DNA from: an uncultured Prevotellaceae bacterium
Lineage (GTDB): Bacteria; Bacteroidota; Bacteroidia; Bacteroidales; Muribaculaceae
NCBI GenBank assembly: GCA_900316835.1
Contig: ONEL01000002.1
Location: 37,976-101,975 of the forward strand
Direction: 5' to 3'
DNA length: 64,000 nt
Position numbers and translations under genes: made by a program
Shown: piece after piece, positions 17,438 through 26,763 of the stretch
Numbering within the stretch: position 1 is the first letter of the stretch
Layout: every line of letters starts with the position of its first letter
The notes under the pieces: generated by a model
What the model was told of the DNA's origin: nothing
What the model saw: the letters and a program-made list of their open reading frames with translations, nothing else
Database searches by the model: none

Positions 17438-19000
17438 TTATTTAGTAACTCGCTCGAGCCATTTTACCATTCCCAGCATCACACCCATAGAGATGAGGCA
17501 AACTACCAGGAATACTGTCCAGCAAATCCACAAGGGCCAGCGGTTGTACATCCATGGACCCATCCAGATGAGCAGGTTTCCAAGAGCGGTGGCACCAAGC
17601 CACAATCCCTGGCAAAGACCTTGCAGGTTCTTAGGAGCAACCTTCGACACGAACGAAAGTCCCAGTGGTGAGATGAACAACTCGGCAACTGTGAGGAAGA
17701 AGTAGGTAACAATGAGCACCCATGCGCCAGCCTTGAGACCTTCCTTAGCGGTAACGTCCATGGCCTTGAACTCTTCGCCCGAGGGATAGCCTGCCATGTA
17801 AGAATACAGAGCAAGGAACAAGTAAGCCAAGCCTGCGATGAACATACCATAGGCAATCTTGCGAGGTGTGGAAATCTCCTTGCCACGCTTGCTGAGAGCA
17901 CCAAAAATGAACATGATGATGGGGGTGAGCACAATCACGAAGAATGGGTTCACAGCCTGCCAAATTTCAGGTGCGATAGAGTCGGTCTTCACAAAGTCGC
18001 GAGCGAATACCGAGAGCGACTGACCATTCTGGTGGAATGAGAACCAGAAGAACACTGCCACGCCCAGCACTGCAAAGAGGGCATACATGCGCTGCTTGAT
18101 TTCCTTGGCCATAGCTTTCTTCTCCTCGGCAGTGTAGTTTTCAACAACCTTAGCCTCTTTCTTGGCGGGAGTGGGGAAAATCTTTTGGTAATAGATGAAG
18201 ATGCACAGCGAGATGAGCATTGCGCAAACCGAAGCAATAAACGAGTAGTGAACACCGGTGTTGAACACTTCAAGATACTTCTGGCAGAAGGCACCCATGT
18301 CGGTGGGCAGTGAACCGCTCACTTGAGTGGCAAGTGTGTTGAGGTTGCTCATGGCTTCACCTGTCATGGCTTGAGCACCATTGATGAACTGGTGGCACAG
18401 AGCGGGAAGCTCGGCATTGTAGGTGAGGTCGTTAACACCCAGCCACCACTGGCGCAAGTAAGGCGCGATGAATGGAGCTACTAGACCACCAATATTGATA
18501 AACACGTAGAAGATTTGGAAACCGCTGTCGCGCTTGCCTTGCACAGCCTTGAGAGCTTCGGGACCCTGCTTTGCGGCCTCGGCCTCAACGTTGTCATACA
18601 TTTGGCCCACGATAGCCTGCAAGTTGCCCTTGAACAAGCCGTTACCAAAGGCGATGAGCAACAATGCCACGCAAGTGAATGGCAGCAACCAGCTGATATT
18701 ACCCTTAGTAGCAAGGATGGGGATAGAAATCAGAGCATAACCCAGCGCCATGATAATTAGACCCCAGCGGATGGTGCCCTTGTAGTTTTGAGTGCGGTCG
18801 GCAATCACACCTCCCACCAGGCTTAACACGTAAATTAAGCAATAGAACACTGAGTAAATAGCGCCACTGGTCTCATCGCTAAGACCGAATTTTGAGCACA
18901 GGAACAGCAATAGCACCGCATTCATGATGTAGTAGCCAAAGCGTTCTCCCATGTTGCTCAACGCGGCGGGGATTAACCCCTTGGGATGTCCTTTAAACAT
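17438..19000 (-). CDS. POT/PTR2 family peptide:proton symporter (tandem paralogue)
   Basis: 520 aa. It has LSNMGERFGYYIM and a multi-TM MFS profile, and shows clear similarity to 15794..17344. Confidence 0.9.
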   Translation of the reverse strand: MFKGHPKGLIPAALSNMGERFGYYIMNAVLLLFLCSKFGLSDETSGAIYSVFYCLIYVLSLVGGVIADRTQNYKGTIRWGLIIMALGYALISIPILATKGNISWLLPFTCVALLLIAFGNGLFKGNLQAIVGQMYDNVEAEAAKQGPEALKAVQGKRDSGFQIFYVFINIGGLVAPFIAPYLRQWWLGVNDLTYNAELPALCHQFINGAQAMTGEAMSNLNTLATQVSGSLPTDMGAFCQKYLEVFNTGVHYSFIASVCAMLISLCIFIYYQKIFPTPAKKEAKVVENYTAEEKKAMAKEIKQRMYALFAVLGVAVFFWFSFHQNGQSLSVFARDFVKTDSIAPEIWQAVNPFFVIVLTPIIMFIFGALSKRGKEISTPRKIAYGMFIAGLAYLFLALYSYMAGYPSGEEFKAMDVTAKEGLKAGAWVLIVTYFFLTVAELFISPLGLSFVSKVAPKNLQGLCQGLWLGATALGNLLIWMGPWMYNRWPLWICWTVFLVVCLISMGVMLGMVKWLERVTK

Positions 19001-19044
19001 AAATTGTAATAGTTTTTTAAGTTAGTATTTTGTTAAATTATTTT

Positions 19045-19099
19045 TTTAGATTTTCTAGACATTCTAGATCGTGCATTATGAATTATGCATTATGCATTG
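19045..19099. repeat. composite array: three 9-bp TCTAGA-type units abutting four 7-bp ATGCAT-type units
   Basis: TTTAGATTT TCTAGACAT TCTAGATCG (19045..19071) is followed by TGCATTA TGAATTA TGCATTA TGCATTG (19072..19099). The heptamers encode the last codons (MHNA) and the stop of sufE. Confidence 0.75.
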
Positions 19100-19520
19100 A
19101 ATAAGCCATGGCGTAGGCTCGCATGTTTTTTAGCATCGATAGCAGGCCATTACTGCGGGTGGGGGAGAGGTGGTCACGCAACCCAATGCGGTCGATGAAG
19201 TAGAGGTCGGAGTTGACGATGTCTTGTGGTTTTTGCCCCGAGAGTACTCTAATGAGCAATGCTACAATGCCCTTGACGATGATGGCGTCACTGTCGGCAC
19301 GGTAAGTTACCACGCCGTCGTGGTATTGAGCATCAAGCCACAGGCGGCTCTGGCAACCGTCAATGAGGTTGTCGGGGGTCTTTTGGCTTTCGTCAAGCGT
19401 GTCAAGGCTATTACCCAGTTCAATGATATAAGCATAACGGTCCATCCAGTCGTCCATGTCGCTGAACTCGTCGATGATTTCGTCTTGAATTTTGTTTATG
19501 TCGGTCATTATTGTTGCCAA
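19083..19520 (-). CDS. sufE: SufE-like sulfur acceptor protein
   Basis: 145 aa. It has the conserved LIDGCQSRLWL cysteine loop, ADSDAIIVKGIVALL, and LSPTRSNGLLSML. Confidence 0.8.
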   Translation of the reverse strand: MATIMTDINKIQDEIIDEFSDMDDWMDRYAYIIELGNSLDTLDESQKTPDNLIDGCQSRLWLDAQYHDGVVTYRADSDAIIVKGIVALLIRVLSGQKPQDIVNSDLYFIDRIGLRDHLSPTRSNGLLSMLKNMRAYAMAYSMHNA

Positions 19521-19575
19521 ATTTCGATAAATCGGTCAAAATTAGTGAAAATTTTGCTTTTCCACAACATTTAAG

Positions 19576-19628
19576 GCAAAAAATGAGGAGTGTGTGTCAA
19601 TCCATTTTGTCATTTTGACACACGCTCC
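19576..19628 (-). terminator. intrinsic terminator downstream of 19689..20477
   Basis: GGAGTGTGTGTCAA (19587..19600) pairs with TTGACACACGCTCC (19615..19628). On the minus strand the hairpin is followed by a T-run (the plus-strand A-run at 19578..19583). Confidence 0.55.
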
Positions 19629-19688
19629 TGTAGGGATTCACAAAGTGTGGGTGAAAAGTGCCTTATTTTGATAGAGGTACTATCATCA

Positions 19689-20477
19689 TTATTGCAAATC
19701 AAGCACTAGGTCGTCAATCACAATTTGTGTGCTTGAAATCCATCCAAAATAGTCAAGCATGGGGATTTCACCCAACACGTTCGACAACCTGTTGATTACA
19801 TTGCGATTACCATCCTCGGTTACCGAGTAGGGCACTCCATTGTCGTCGATGTGGAGAGTGCCATATTTCCCATCAAGATTCTCGGCAGGCATTATCTGCT
19901 CACCGTTGTACCAGTAGAGTTTCTCATCGTTATAGGCAACTTCAATAATCGTTTTCCCTGTTATATTAATGGTCTTGGTGGGCTTGAAATTGTCGTCAAC
20001 CTTGGTAACAAGAGTGATATAGTCACTCTTGAGACGCACAGCTCTCACTGTTGCCGATTTTACATACTCGTTGGGCTCGATGGGCTTGAAAACATATCGC
20101 TTACCTAATTCCCAGCTGGTGGGTAGCTGCGAGCTGATTTTCACCTTGCGCACCGCCTTCTTGAAGTCGGCGACGGCAATATACTCGGCAGGAACAATAT
20201 CCTGGGCGGGTGGATAATATTTATAGAACGCCCCGCTCTGGGTCTTAATAAATTCAGCCGCATCAATGATGTGGAAAGAGAAGATGTTATCTCCTGTTTT
20301 TATGGCAACTCGCCCCGGGGCGATGGTTGATTTCACTCTCGACTTGAGCGAGCGCTTGTTGTGGGATTTCAACTTAGAGGTAATCACGTAGCCTTCGTCG
20401 TCCTGCACTGGCGATAAAGCCTGAACCATGGTCCAGGACATCATGACAGCAACTAATAAAAATAGAATTCTTTTCAT
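19689..20477 (-). CDS. hypothetical secreted protein
   Basis: 262 aa with the signal peptide MKRILFLLVAVMMSWTMVQA. No motif was recognised. Confidence 0.55.
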   Translation of the reverse strand: MKRILFLLVAVMMSWTMVQALSPVQDDEGYVITSKLKSHNKRSLKSRVKSTIAPGRVAIKTGDNIFSFHIIDAAEFIKTQSGAFYKYYPPAQDIVPAEYIAVADFKKAVRKVKISSQLPTSWELGKRYVFKPIEPNEYVKSATVRAVRLKSDYITLVTKVDDNFKPTKTINITGKTIIEVAYNDEKLYWYNGEQIMPAENLDGKYGTLHIDDNGVPYSVTEDGNRNVINRLSNVLGEIPMLDYFGWISSTQIVIDDLVLDLQ

Positions 20478-20591
20478 ATCAATTTAAGATTAGTTATTAA
20501 TGAATAAGGCAAAAGTATAAAAATAATTAGAATATCACCTAATAAGTTGGCTATGTTTTTAAGATTTAGTGGAAAAAATAATAAACAACAA

Positions 20592-20619
20592 AGGGTGTGC
20601 CAAAATTATGACACACCCT
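20592..20619 (-). terminator. intrinsic terminator downstream of the ppiD-like gene
   Basis: AGGGTGTG pairs with CACACCCT. On the minus strand it is followed by TTTGTTGTTTATT. Confidence 0.5.
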
Positions 20620-20659
20620 CTTGCTTTTAATATTGTAAGGTCAAATAGTTGCTAAATTA

Positions 20660-22774
20660 TTAGCTGAACTTGACAAGGTTGTTCTTGATTTTGCGACTTC
20701 CTTGCAGAATAGCGTTAAACATCTGCTGGATGGGGAAGTGGCGCTGGCGATATTGCATTGCTACTTGCTTGTTGTCGAGCTTAGAAGAGCGCTCGGCATC
20801 AACCTTGTTTATTTGCACAGCGTAGAGAGCGTTGCGACCAGCAATCACTTGCAGCTTGCCAATACCATTCTTGCCCATAGCTGCAATGCGTCCGGCTACC
20901 ATGCCTTCAAGCATCTGCTGGCTACCCATGGTAACCTGAGCGCTGTCGACTTGAGTCTTGAACAGCTGAGCATAGCCTGCCAGGTCTTTAGCCTTGTCGT
21001 TGTATTGCTTCATTGCGATAGCAGCTTTCTTCTCGCTCTTTATCATCTCGGTGAGGAATTGCTTGATTTGTGGATCGGTAGCGGGGGTGTAGTCTTTGTA
21101 AACCTCGTCGACTGCGATGACAAACATCGACTCGTCCTCGGTGAACACTTGCGAGATGCTACCAGGCTTGTTCTCAAACGCCCACTTGATGGCCTTGCGG
21201 CTCTCGGGAATGCCAGGCATCATGCCGAATTGTGAGCTCTGAGCACCCAGCTGAGTGGTTGCGGGTGTAATAACTTCTTCAATCACGTTGAGCTTAGCTG
21301 CCTTAGCGTTCTTCTCGTTCTCAAAGCCGGCAATGTTGTTCTTGTACTTGTTCACGTACTTTTGCAAGTTGCCTTGTAGCTGGGTGATAGTGGCCTCGCT
21401 AGGATAGTCGACATATTTTGCACGAGCAATGTTGTAGAAAGTGATTGCGGGCTTCGACTCGGCAACGCGAGCAAAGGCAGCGCCCTGGTCGGTGGATTGG
21501 AACACAAAGAAGCTACCGCTGGCGTTAGCGTTAACCTTCTGGCGCAAGGTGTCGGGAAGCTGGAAGCCACGGGCATAGCTGCGACCATCAAACTTCTGCA
21601 CCATGATATTCTGGTTCTTGCTAGCGGTAAGTGAGTCGAGGGTCATGCCACCATTGAGCAGTGCAAACACTGAGTCTTGGCGAGCCTTGGGACCATTAAC
21701 CGAAACCACGTCGATACCAATGGAGTCGATGCTCTGATACTGGCTAGTGAACTTGTAGAGGAAAGTGTTGCGGTCGCGACCAGTGGGGTCTTTCTTCTCG
21801 CAAGCACCCACACCGCTAGCGATAAGGGTGTTGTAAATCTCCTCCTTGTTCTCTACCTTAGCGCCATACACTTGCTTGTCCTTGGCGGTAGTAACAACCG
21901 AGTCAACCACAACCTCGCTGTTAGAGCGAATGCCACTGATGCCGGCATTGTTCTGCAGGGCGGCATAAATTTTGCTAACCTTAGCGGCGGCGGCAGCGCG
22001 GTCCTTAGCCGAGGGGTCTACATCAATCTTGATGTAGTGCACGCGACGTTGCTCCTCGTTGAGCTTGAACAGCTCTTTATACTTGTTGTAAGCCTCTTGA
22101 ATTTCGGCATCGGTCACTTTCACGCTATTATCGTCGATAGTGCTGTAGTCGAGCTTTGCGAAGGTTACATCATAGACTGTGCTTTCCTCCTTGGTGAGCT
22201 GGATGTCGATATCGTTAGCCTGGAGGCAACCCATCAGCAATGAGGCAAGCTTGAACTGCTTGAGCTGAGTGGCCATTTTTTGTGCCTCGCTCTCATAGAG
22301 GGCTTTTACCTGCTGCAGACCGGGATCGTTGGGGTCGGCATTAGGGTTCTTGATGAAGTCAAACAAGCTCTTGGGGTCCATGCCGGTTTGCTGGCACACT
22401 TGCTGTATGCTTTGAGGTGGATTTTGAATCATGAGCTCGGTAATCTCGGCTCCGTCAACGTTTACACAAGCCTCGTCACACTCTTGGTCCAGGAGTTTCT
22501 CGTTAATAACCTCTTGCAAGATTTGCTGTTGCATCACAGCTGGGTCCACCTTGTTGTCGGGGTCCTGCTGCTGGCGTTCTTGTTGCCTGAGCTGCGACAG
22601 GTTTTGGAATTCTTGCATTTCAATTTTCTCATCGCCTACTTTGGCTGCTAGGGTGTCGGTAGTAAATGCGCCCGACGCTCTCACGGCCTCCTCGAGGATA
22701 AACGCGAGCAAGCCTGCGCCTATCACGATAGTAAGAATTGCGGCTCTTTTTCTAATTTTTTCTAGTGCTGCCAT
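20660..22774 (-). CDS. ppiD: PpiD-like periplasmic chaperone / peptidyl-prolyl isomerase family protein
   Basis: 704 aa. The N-terminal pattern MAALEKIRKRAAILTIVIGAGLLAFIL (anchor helix) is typical of PpiD/SurA-N proteins of Bacteroidota, and the periplasmic part is long and helical. I did not locate the rotamase signature by eye. Confidence 0.6.
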   Translation of the reverse strand: MAALEKIRKRAAILTIVIGAGLLAFILEEAVRASGAFTTDTLAAKVGDEKIEMQEFQNLSQLRQQERQQQDPDNKVDPAVMQQQILQEVINEKLLDQECDEACVNVDGAEITELMIQNPPQSIQQVCQQTGMDPKSLFDFIKNPNADPNDPGLQQVKALYESEAQKMATQLKQFKLASLLMGCLQANDIDIQLTKEESTVYDVTFAKLDYSTIDDNSVKVTDAEIQEAYNKYKELFKLNEEQRRVHYIKIDVDPSAKDRAAAAAKVSKIYAALQNNAGISGIRSNSEVVVDSVVTTAKDKQVYGAKVENKEEIYNTLIASGVGACEKKDPTGRDRNTFLYKFTSQYQSIDSIGIDVVSVNGPKARQDSVFALLNGGMTLDSLTASKNQNIMVQKFDGRSYARGFQLPDTLRQKVNANASGSFFVFQSTDQGAAFARVAESKPAITFYNIARAKYVDYPSEATITQLQGNLQKYVNKYKNNIAGFENEKNAKAAKLNVIEEVITPATTQLGAQSSQFGMMPGIPESRKAIKWAFENKPGSISQVFTEDESMFVIAVDEVYKDYTPATDPQIKQFLTEMIKSEKKAAIAMKQYNDKAKDLAGYAQLFKTQVDSAQVTMGSQQMLEGMVAGRIAAMGKNGIGKLQVIAGRNALYAVQINKVDAERSSKLDNKQVAMQYRQRHFPIQQMFNAILQGSRKIKNNLVKFS

Positions 22775-22831
22775 TATAAATTTATTTTATGTTTTTGTTG
22801 GTCGAAAACTAAAATTCTCAAAATAAGCACG

Positions 22832-22839
22832 CAAAGTTA
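22832..22839 (-). promoter_or_regulatory. candidate -7 box (TAACTTTG on the minus strand) for the ppiD-like gene
   Basis: Plus strand reads caaagtta, ~58 nt upstream of the ATG at 22774. Confidence 0.35.
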
Positions 22840-22976
22840 GACATTTTTTATTTAATGACAAAATGTTAGGCGATTTTGTTGCTTTTTTCAATGCAAACTC
22901 CATGTTTTTGCAATGATATAAGAGACAGGCTTAAGTGTAGTGCTAATGTTGAGTTATGGGAACGTGAATTACATTC

Positions 22977-23402
22977 CTAAGATAACATTATATATCTCGG
23001 TAATGTCGCTAGCGGTGATGTAGCCGTCGAAATTTTGTCGAGTTTCACTTCATACCCTGTGTTGTCGAAGAATAAGTGATTATAGATGGCGGTGATGTTC
23101 TCGAAGGTGTAGCGCATGTTCTCCTGCTCAATGGGTGCATCGTTGATGCTCACAATGCCGAATCCCGGGTTGCAGCGCAGTGATGCCTCGAGCGAGCCCC
23201 CAAACCTCTCTTTCTCAATCGATGCCAGCATCATTCCTGCGTGGCTGTCGACCATTACCGGGCTGGAGTTGATAAAAAAAGAAATTACATTTCCGGCAGT
23301 GGCTATGGTGGCGGAGAGCATCAAAACCGCCAGAGCGAGCATTGGACTCAAAGTGAAAATAGCTAATTTTTTATAGTGCGTTTTATTAGACGTTTTATTC
23401 AT
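22977..23402 (-). CDS. hypothetical protein with an N-terminal signal/anchor
   Basis: 141 aa with the hydrophobic segment LAIFTLSPMLALAVLMLSATIATA. No motif was recognised. Confidence 0.45.
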   Translation of the reverse strand: MNKTSNKTHYKKLAIFTLSPMLALAVLMLSATIATAGNVISFFINSSPVMVDSHAGMMLASIEKERFGGSLEASLRCNPGFGIVSINDAPIEQENMRYTFENITAIYNHLFFDNTGYEVKLDKISTATSPLATLPRYIMLS

Positions 23403-23477
23403 AAAAAAGCCTAGTTGAGTATATTACCACTTAACTAACAAACGGAACCGCTTGTTGTCCTATTGCATAGAACTCCA

Positions 23478-23520
23478 AATAAAAACCAGGAGCGACCTTG
23501 CGTCGCGCAGGGTCACTCCT
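23478..23520 (-). terminator. intrinsic terminator downstream of the capsid-like gene
   Basis: AGGAGCGACC (23488..23497) pairs with GGTCACTCCT (23511..23520). On the minus strand it is followed by GGTTTTTATTTGG. Confidence 0.5.
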
Positions 23521-23619
23521 TCAATGACATAACAACTAAATGTGGTTACAATTATATTAAGACTACCGGAAAAATGATATTGATTGAAAAACTGTTTTTT
23601 TTTAGAAGGTGGGGGAGGA

Positions 23620-25041
23620 CTACATGCGTATAATGCGCATGTGTGCCATGGGGTAGCGCAGCACTAGGCAACTGGTCTCGGTGAGCACGGTGGCATCCAC
23701 GTTGCGCACACCGCTGGCCTTGAGGTTGAGAGTCTCGGCACTAAATGGCTGGTGAACATACTTCTGCAAGTAGTCGGGGTCGATAATCATGCCGTTGTCT
23801 TCCATGCCGCACTCGTCGAAGACCTCGCTAAGCAGCACATAGAGGGTTCCGAATTTCGACCTAAGCTCAGTGAAATCTATTCCCCACTTGGTAACGGTGT
23901 CGGTAGCGGTGATAACACGGTGGTAGTCGAGCTTGTTAAGGCGCCCAATGAGCCCCGAGCCACCTATCAGGATCTTGCGCTTGCTTCCGGCATTGCCAGT
24001 GAATGCCTGGCGCATGAGGTCGACAATCGACTCCTGAGTGAGGTCGTTATTGTTACTGTAAGTGAATTCCTTGCCGGCCTGCCACCAAATGCCACCGGTG
24101 AGCATCACATTCTCCTTCTTCACGTTGTCCCAAATCCTTGCCTTGGTGCCAAAGAGGAACGATTTCTCCATGCCTAGACGCATGTCGTAGATAGCGGCTT
24201 CTTCCTGGTCGGTCATAGTCCAGTCCACTTCCTTGTTGGCAAGTTTCTGCATGGTTGATTGTTCCACTTGCATTTTAAATATTTGGCAAAATTGCTGTGC
24301 CTTCTTGGGCAATGCCTCAAACTGTGGCGACATCACATCGAGCTCGGTGGCGGCGCGACCCATGCGAATGAGTGTGGTGCCTGCCTCGATTGAGGGAATG
24401 CAGCCTTCCACGTTGCCAATCTTCTTTCCGTTGACGGCCTGCACACGCAACTCTCCATCTTGCGAGCGGGAAATGACATAGAGCACAAGCTCTTGATTAG
24501 AACGTTTAGTGCCACCGGGCTCGTAGCCGTACACCCCTTGAACGAGGATAGTGTCGGAGGGGTCGAAAATCTCGCTGTCATTCACGGGCAAAATGATGCG
24601 AGTGTCATCGCCCGACACACTGGCCTGGGTGGGTTCTTCGTAGTCCTGGGCCATCTCGGTGCTGGTGGGCTTGGTGTCGACGTTATAGTAATCCACAATC
24701 ATGCTCCCCGAGTGCTTGGCTCCGGCATGACGCGAGAGCTGGTCGATGGGGGTTGCCATGGGGCGGATTTTTACTATTTGCTGGTCGATCTCGTTCAGTA
24801 GCAGCTCGGGCGATGCTTCGCGTGTGAGGTCGGTGGTGAGAGGTTCCCCGGTGATGTGCTTGCCACCAGCCACGCCTCCAATGATGATTGAAAGCAGAGC
24901 ATCGTGTTCGCTGGCGTAACACCCTCCCAAGATTAGCATTATCACTATTGCCAGCATCAAGAGCAGTAGCTGGCGGTTGTCTTTGATCCACTGGTGTGCA
25001 GCCTTGGCACGCTTAATAATTTTCTTAAATGAGTTAATCAT
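23620..25041 (-). CDS. hypothetical protein, possibly HK97-fold major-capsid-like, with an N-terminal TM helix
   Basis: 473 aa. After the TM helix LLLLMLAIVIMLILGG, the segment ITGEPLTTDLTREASPELLLNEIDQQIVKIRPMATPIDQLSRHAGAKHSGSMIVDYYNVD resembles, from memory, N-terminal regions of tailed-phage major capsid proteins (SU10/DUF5309-like). This could not be verified here. Confidence 0.35.
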   Translation of the reverse strand: MINSFKKIIKRAKAAHQWIKDNRQLLLLMLAIVIMLILGGCYASEHDALLSIIIGGVAGGKHITGEPLTTDLTREASPELLLNEIDQQIVKIRPMATPIDQLSRHAGAKHSGSMIVDYYNVDTKPTSTEMAQDYEEPTQASVSGDDTRIILPVNDSEIFDPSDTILVQGVYGYEPGGTKRSNQELVLYVISRSQDGELRVQAVNGKKIGNVEGCIPSIEAGTTLIRMGRAATELDVMSPQFEALPKKAQQFCQIFKMQVEQSTMQKLANKEVDWTMTDQEEAAIYDMRLGMEKSFLFGTKARIWDNVKKENVMLTGGIWWQAGKEFTYSNNNDLTQESIVDLMRQAFTGNAGSKRKILIGGSGLIGRLNKLDYHRVITATDTVTKWGIDFTELRSKFGTLYVLLSEVFDECGMEDNGMIIDPDYLQKYVHQPFSAETLNLKASGVRNVDATVLTETSCLVLRYPMAHMRIIRM

Positions 25042-25107
25042 GAGGTAAAAAATTAAATGTTAATTATTAAGGTTAAGTGATTAAGTGTTGAATGGAAGAT
25101 GCGACTA

Positions 25108-25500
25108 TTATTTGTCCCAGAAACTGCGCTTGCGATAAACGGGGAATGTGATGGGTTGTGCTTCCTGCTCCTCGATGGCTCGAGTAGCGGCTTCGATGGT
25201 CTCGTTGCGCCCTCGCAGGTAGCCTGCGGCATCGGCATTTTTTACGTCTTCGTCATGGTTGAGCGCCTTCACAATCAGTTCCACGATGCTCTTGCTGGGT
25301 GCTGTCCCTTTTTCCAGTGGCTCAAGTATGGCCTTGGCAGTGGCAGCCACACTGCCTGAAATGTTCATGTCTCCAATGATGTCGTCGAGCGATGATTGCG
25401 TAGCCTCGGCTTGAGGTTCGTGTTGCTCGTTGCCTGTTGTTACAGGCGAAGTGTCGCTCTCGGTGGCCTGAGGTTGCGGGTTGTTTAAGTCTTGTTTCAT
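25108..25500 (-). CDS. small acidic protein (scaffold- or cargo-like partner of 23620..25041)
   Basis: 130 aa. The N-terminus is Q/E/T-rich and probably disordered. The helical C-terminal part is AAGYLRGRNETIEAATRAIEEQ. It sits 66 nt upstream of the capsid-like ORF on the same strand. Confidence 0.5.
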   Translation of the reverse strand: MKQDLNNPQPQATESDTSPVTTGNEQHEPQAEATQSSLDDIIGDMNISGSVAATAKAILEPLEKGTAPSKSIVELIVKALNHDEDVKNADAAGYLRGRNETIEAATRAIEEQEAQPITFPVYRKRSFWDK

Positions 25501-25568
25501 GTTGTGATTGATTTAAAGTTAATAAAGATGATTGTTGAGCATGCTTAAATGCTGTGATTGTCATGCCG

Positions 25569-25576
25569 CAAAATTA
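25569..25576 (-). promoter_or_regulatory. candidate -7 box (TAATTTTG on the minus strand) for the 25500<-23620 operon
   Basis: Plus strand reads caaaatta, ~69 nt upstream of the ATG at 25500. Confidence 0.4.
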
Positions 25577-25671
25577 GAAAAGCGCACTTGGCTAAAACTA
25601 CTTTAAAAAAACACGGTGTCGCACAATGTGAATAATTGCATGAAAAGTCGTGATTTTTTGAATATTATTAC

Positions 25672-25679
25672 TATCTTTG
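25672..25679 (+). promoter_or_regulatory. candidate -7 box TATCTTTG for the kinase/regulator pair
   Basis: Matches TAnnTTTG and ends 5 nt before the ATG at 25684. This implies a near-leaderless mRNA or a downstream start. Confidence 0.35.
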
Positions 25680-25683
25680 CGCT

Positions 25684-26763
25684 ATGGGTAAGAAAAATTT
25701 AATTAATAGAACGGTTTTAATACACTTCCTGTGCTGGGGGCTGGTGCTGGCATTCCCGCTGTTTTTCTATCACCCCACCGACCCGCTGGAAGTGACGCTA
25801 AAGCACTATGTGCGCTCGCTGAGTGGACCGCTGGGCTACATGATAGTGTTCTATGTGAACTATTTCTATCTAGTGCCTAAATTCCTTTTTGAGAACAAGC
25901 GCAATCAGTTCTTTTTATTTAATGTGATTTTAATTTTTCTCATGGTGTCGTTAATGACATGGTGGTGGCACATGTTTAGCACCATCTTTGCCGAGAGTTT
26001 TAACCGTCCACGCATGGGGTTCAATGCTCCGCCCAAGTGGGTGAGATTCATGCAGCTGGCATTAATGCTAGTGCTGGTAATAGGATTGTGTGTGGCAGTG
26101 CGCATGAGCCAGCGCATGAGCCAGCTACATGCAGCCAAGAAAGAGGCTGAGCGCACCCGCACCGAGGCCGAACTCAAGAACCTGCGCAATCAGCTTAATC
26201 CTCATTTCCTGCTCAACACCTTGAACAATATCTATGCCCTCATAGCTTTTGACCCCGACAAGGCTCAGATGGCAGTGGGTGAGCTCAGCAAGCTACTGCG
26301 GCATGCGCTCTATGATAACCAAAAGAAGTTTGTGCCACTTTACAAGGAGGTGGAATTTATAAAAAACTATATTGAGTTGATGAAAATTCGCGTAACTAAT
26401 AATGTGAAAATCAACTCCCAAATAGATATTGATAATGAGGATTCTACTCCCATCGCACCACTCATCTTTATCTCTCTCATTGAGAATGCTTTCAAGCATG
26501 GGGTGTCGCAAGCCGGGATGGGACAAATCTACATTTACCTGGCTAACCAGGACGACAAGATAACTTGTGAAATTCGCAACACTAATTATCCCAAGCGCGA
26601 CAACGACAAGAGTGGCTCGGGAATTGGGCTCGAGCAGGTGGGAAAGCGACTGGAGCTCATTTATAAAGACCACTACACCTGGGAAAAAGGCATTGATGCC
26701 GGCACTAACGAATATTACTCTAAAATAGTTCTCGACAATGATAATAAAGTGCGCCATAATTGA
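25684..26763 (+). CDS. LytS/YehU-type sensor histidine kinase
   Basis: N-terminal TM helices, then the His_kinase motif LKNLRNQLNPHFLLNTLNNIYALI, then HATPase motifs IENAFKHG and GSGIGLEQV. Confidence 0.85.
   Translation: MGKKNLINRTVLIHFLCWGLVLAFPLFFYHPTDPLEVTLKHYVRSLSGPLGYMIVFYVNYFYLVPKFLFENKRNQFFLFNVILIFLMVSLMTWWWHMFSTIFAESFNRPRMGFNAPPKWVRFMQLALMLVLVIGLCVAVRMSQRMSQLHAAKKEAERTRTEAELKNLRNQLNPHFLLNTLNNIYALIAFDPDKAQMAVGELSKLLRHALYDNQKKFVPLYKEVEFIKNYIELMKIRVTNNVKINSQIDIDNEDSTPIAPLIFISLIENAFKHGVSQAGMGQIYIYLANQDDKITCEIRNTNYPKRDNDKSGSGIGLEQVGKRLELIYKDHYTWEKGIDAGTNEYYSKIVLDNDNKVRHN

Noticed and set aside
22977-25500. An intact prophage or integrative element around the capsid-like gene.
   Set aside because: There is no integrase, terminase, portal, tail or lysis gene, and I found no flanking direct repeats. 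Only a 2-3 gene block lies between core genes.
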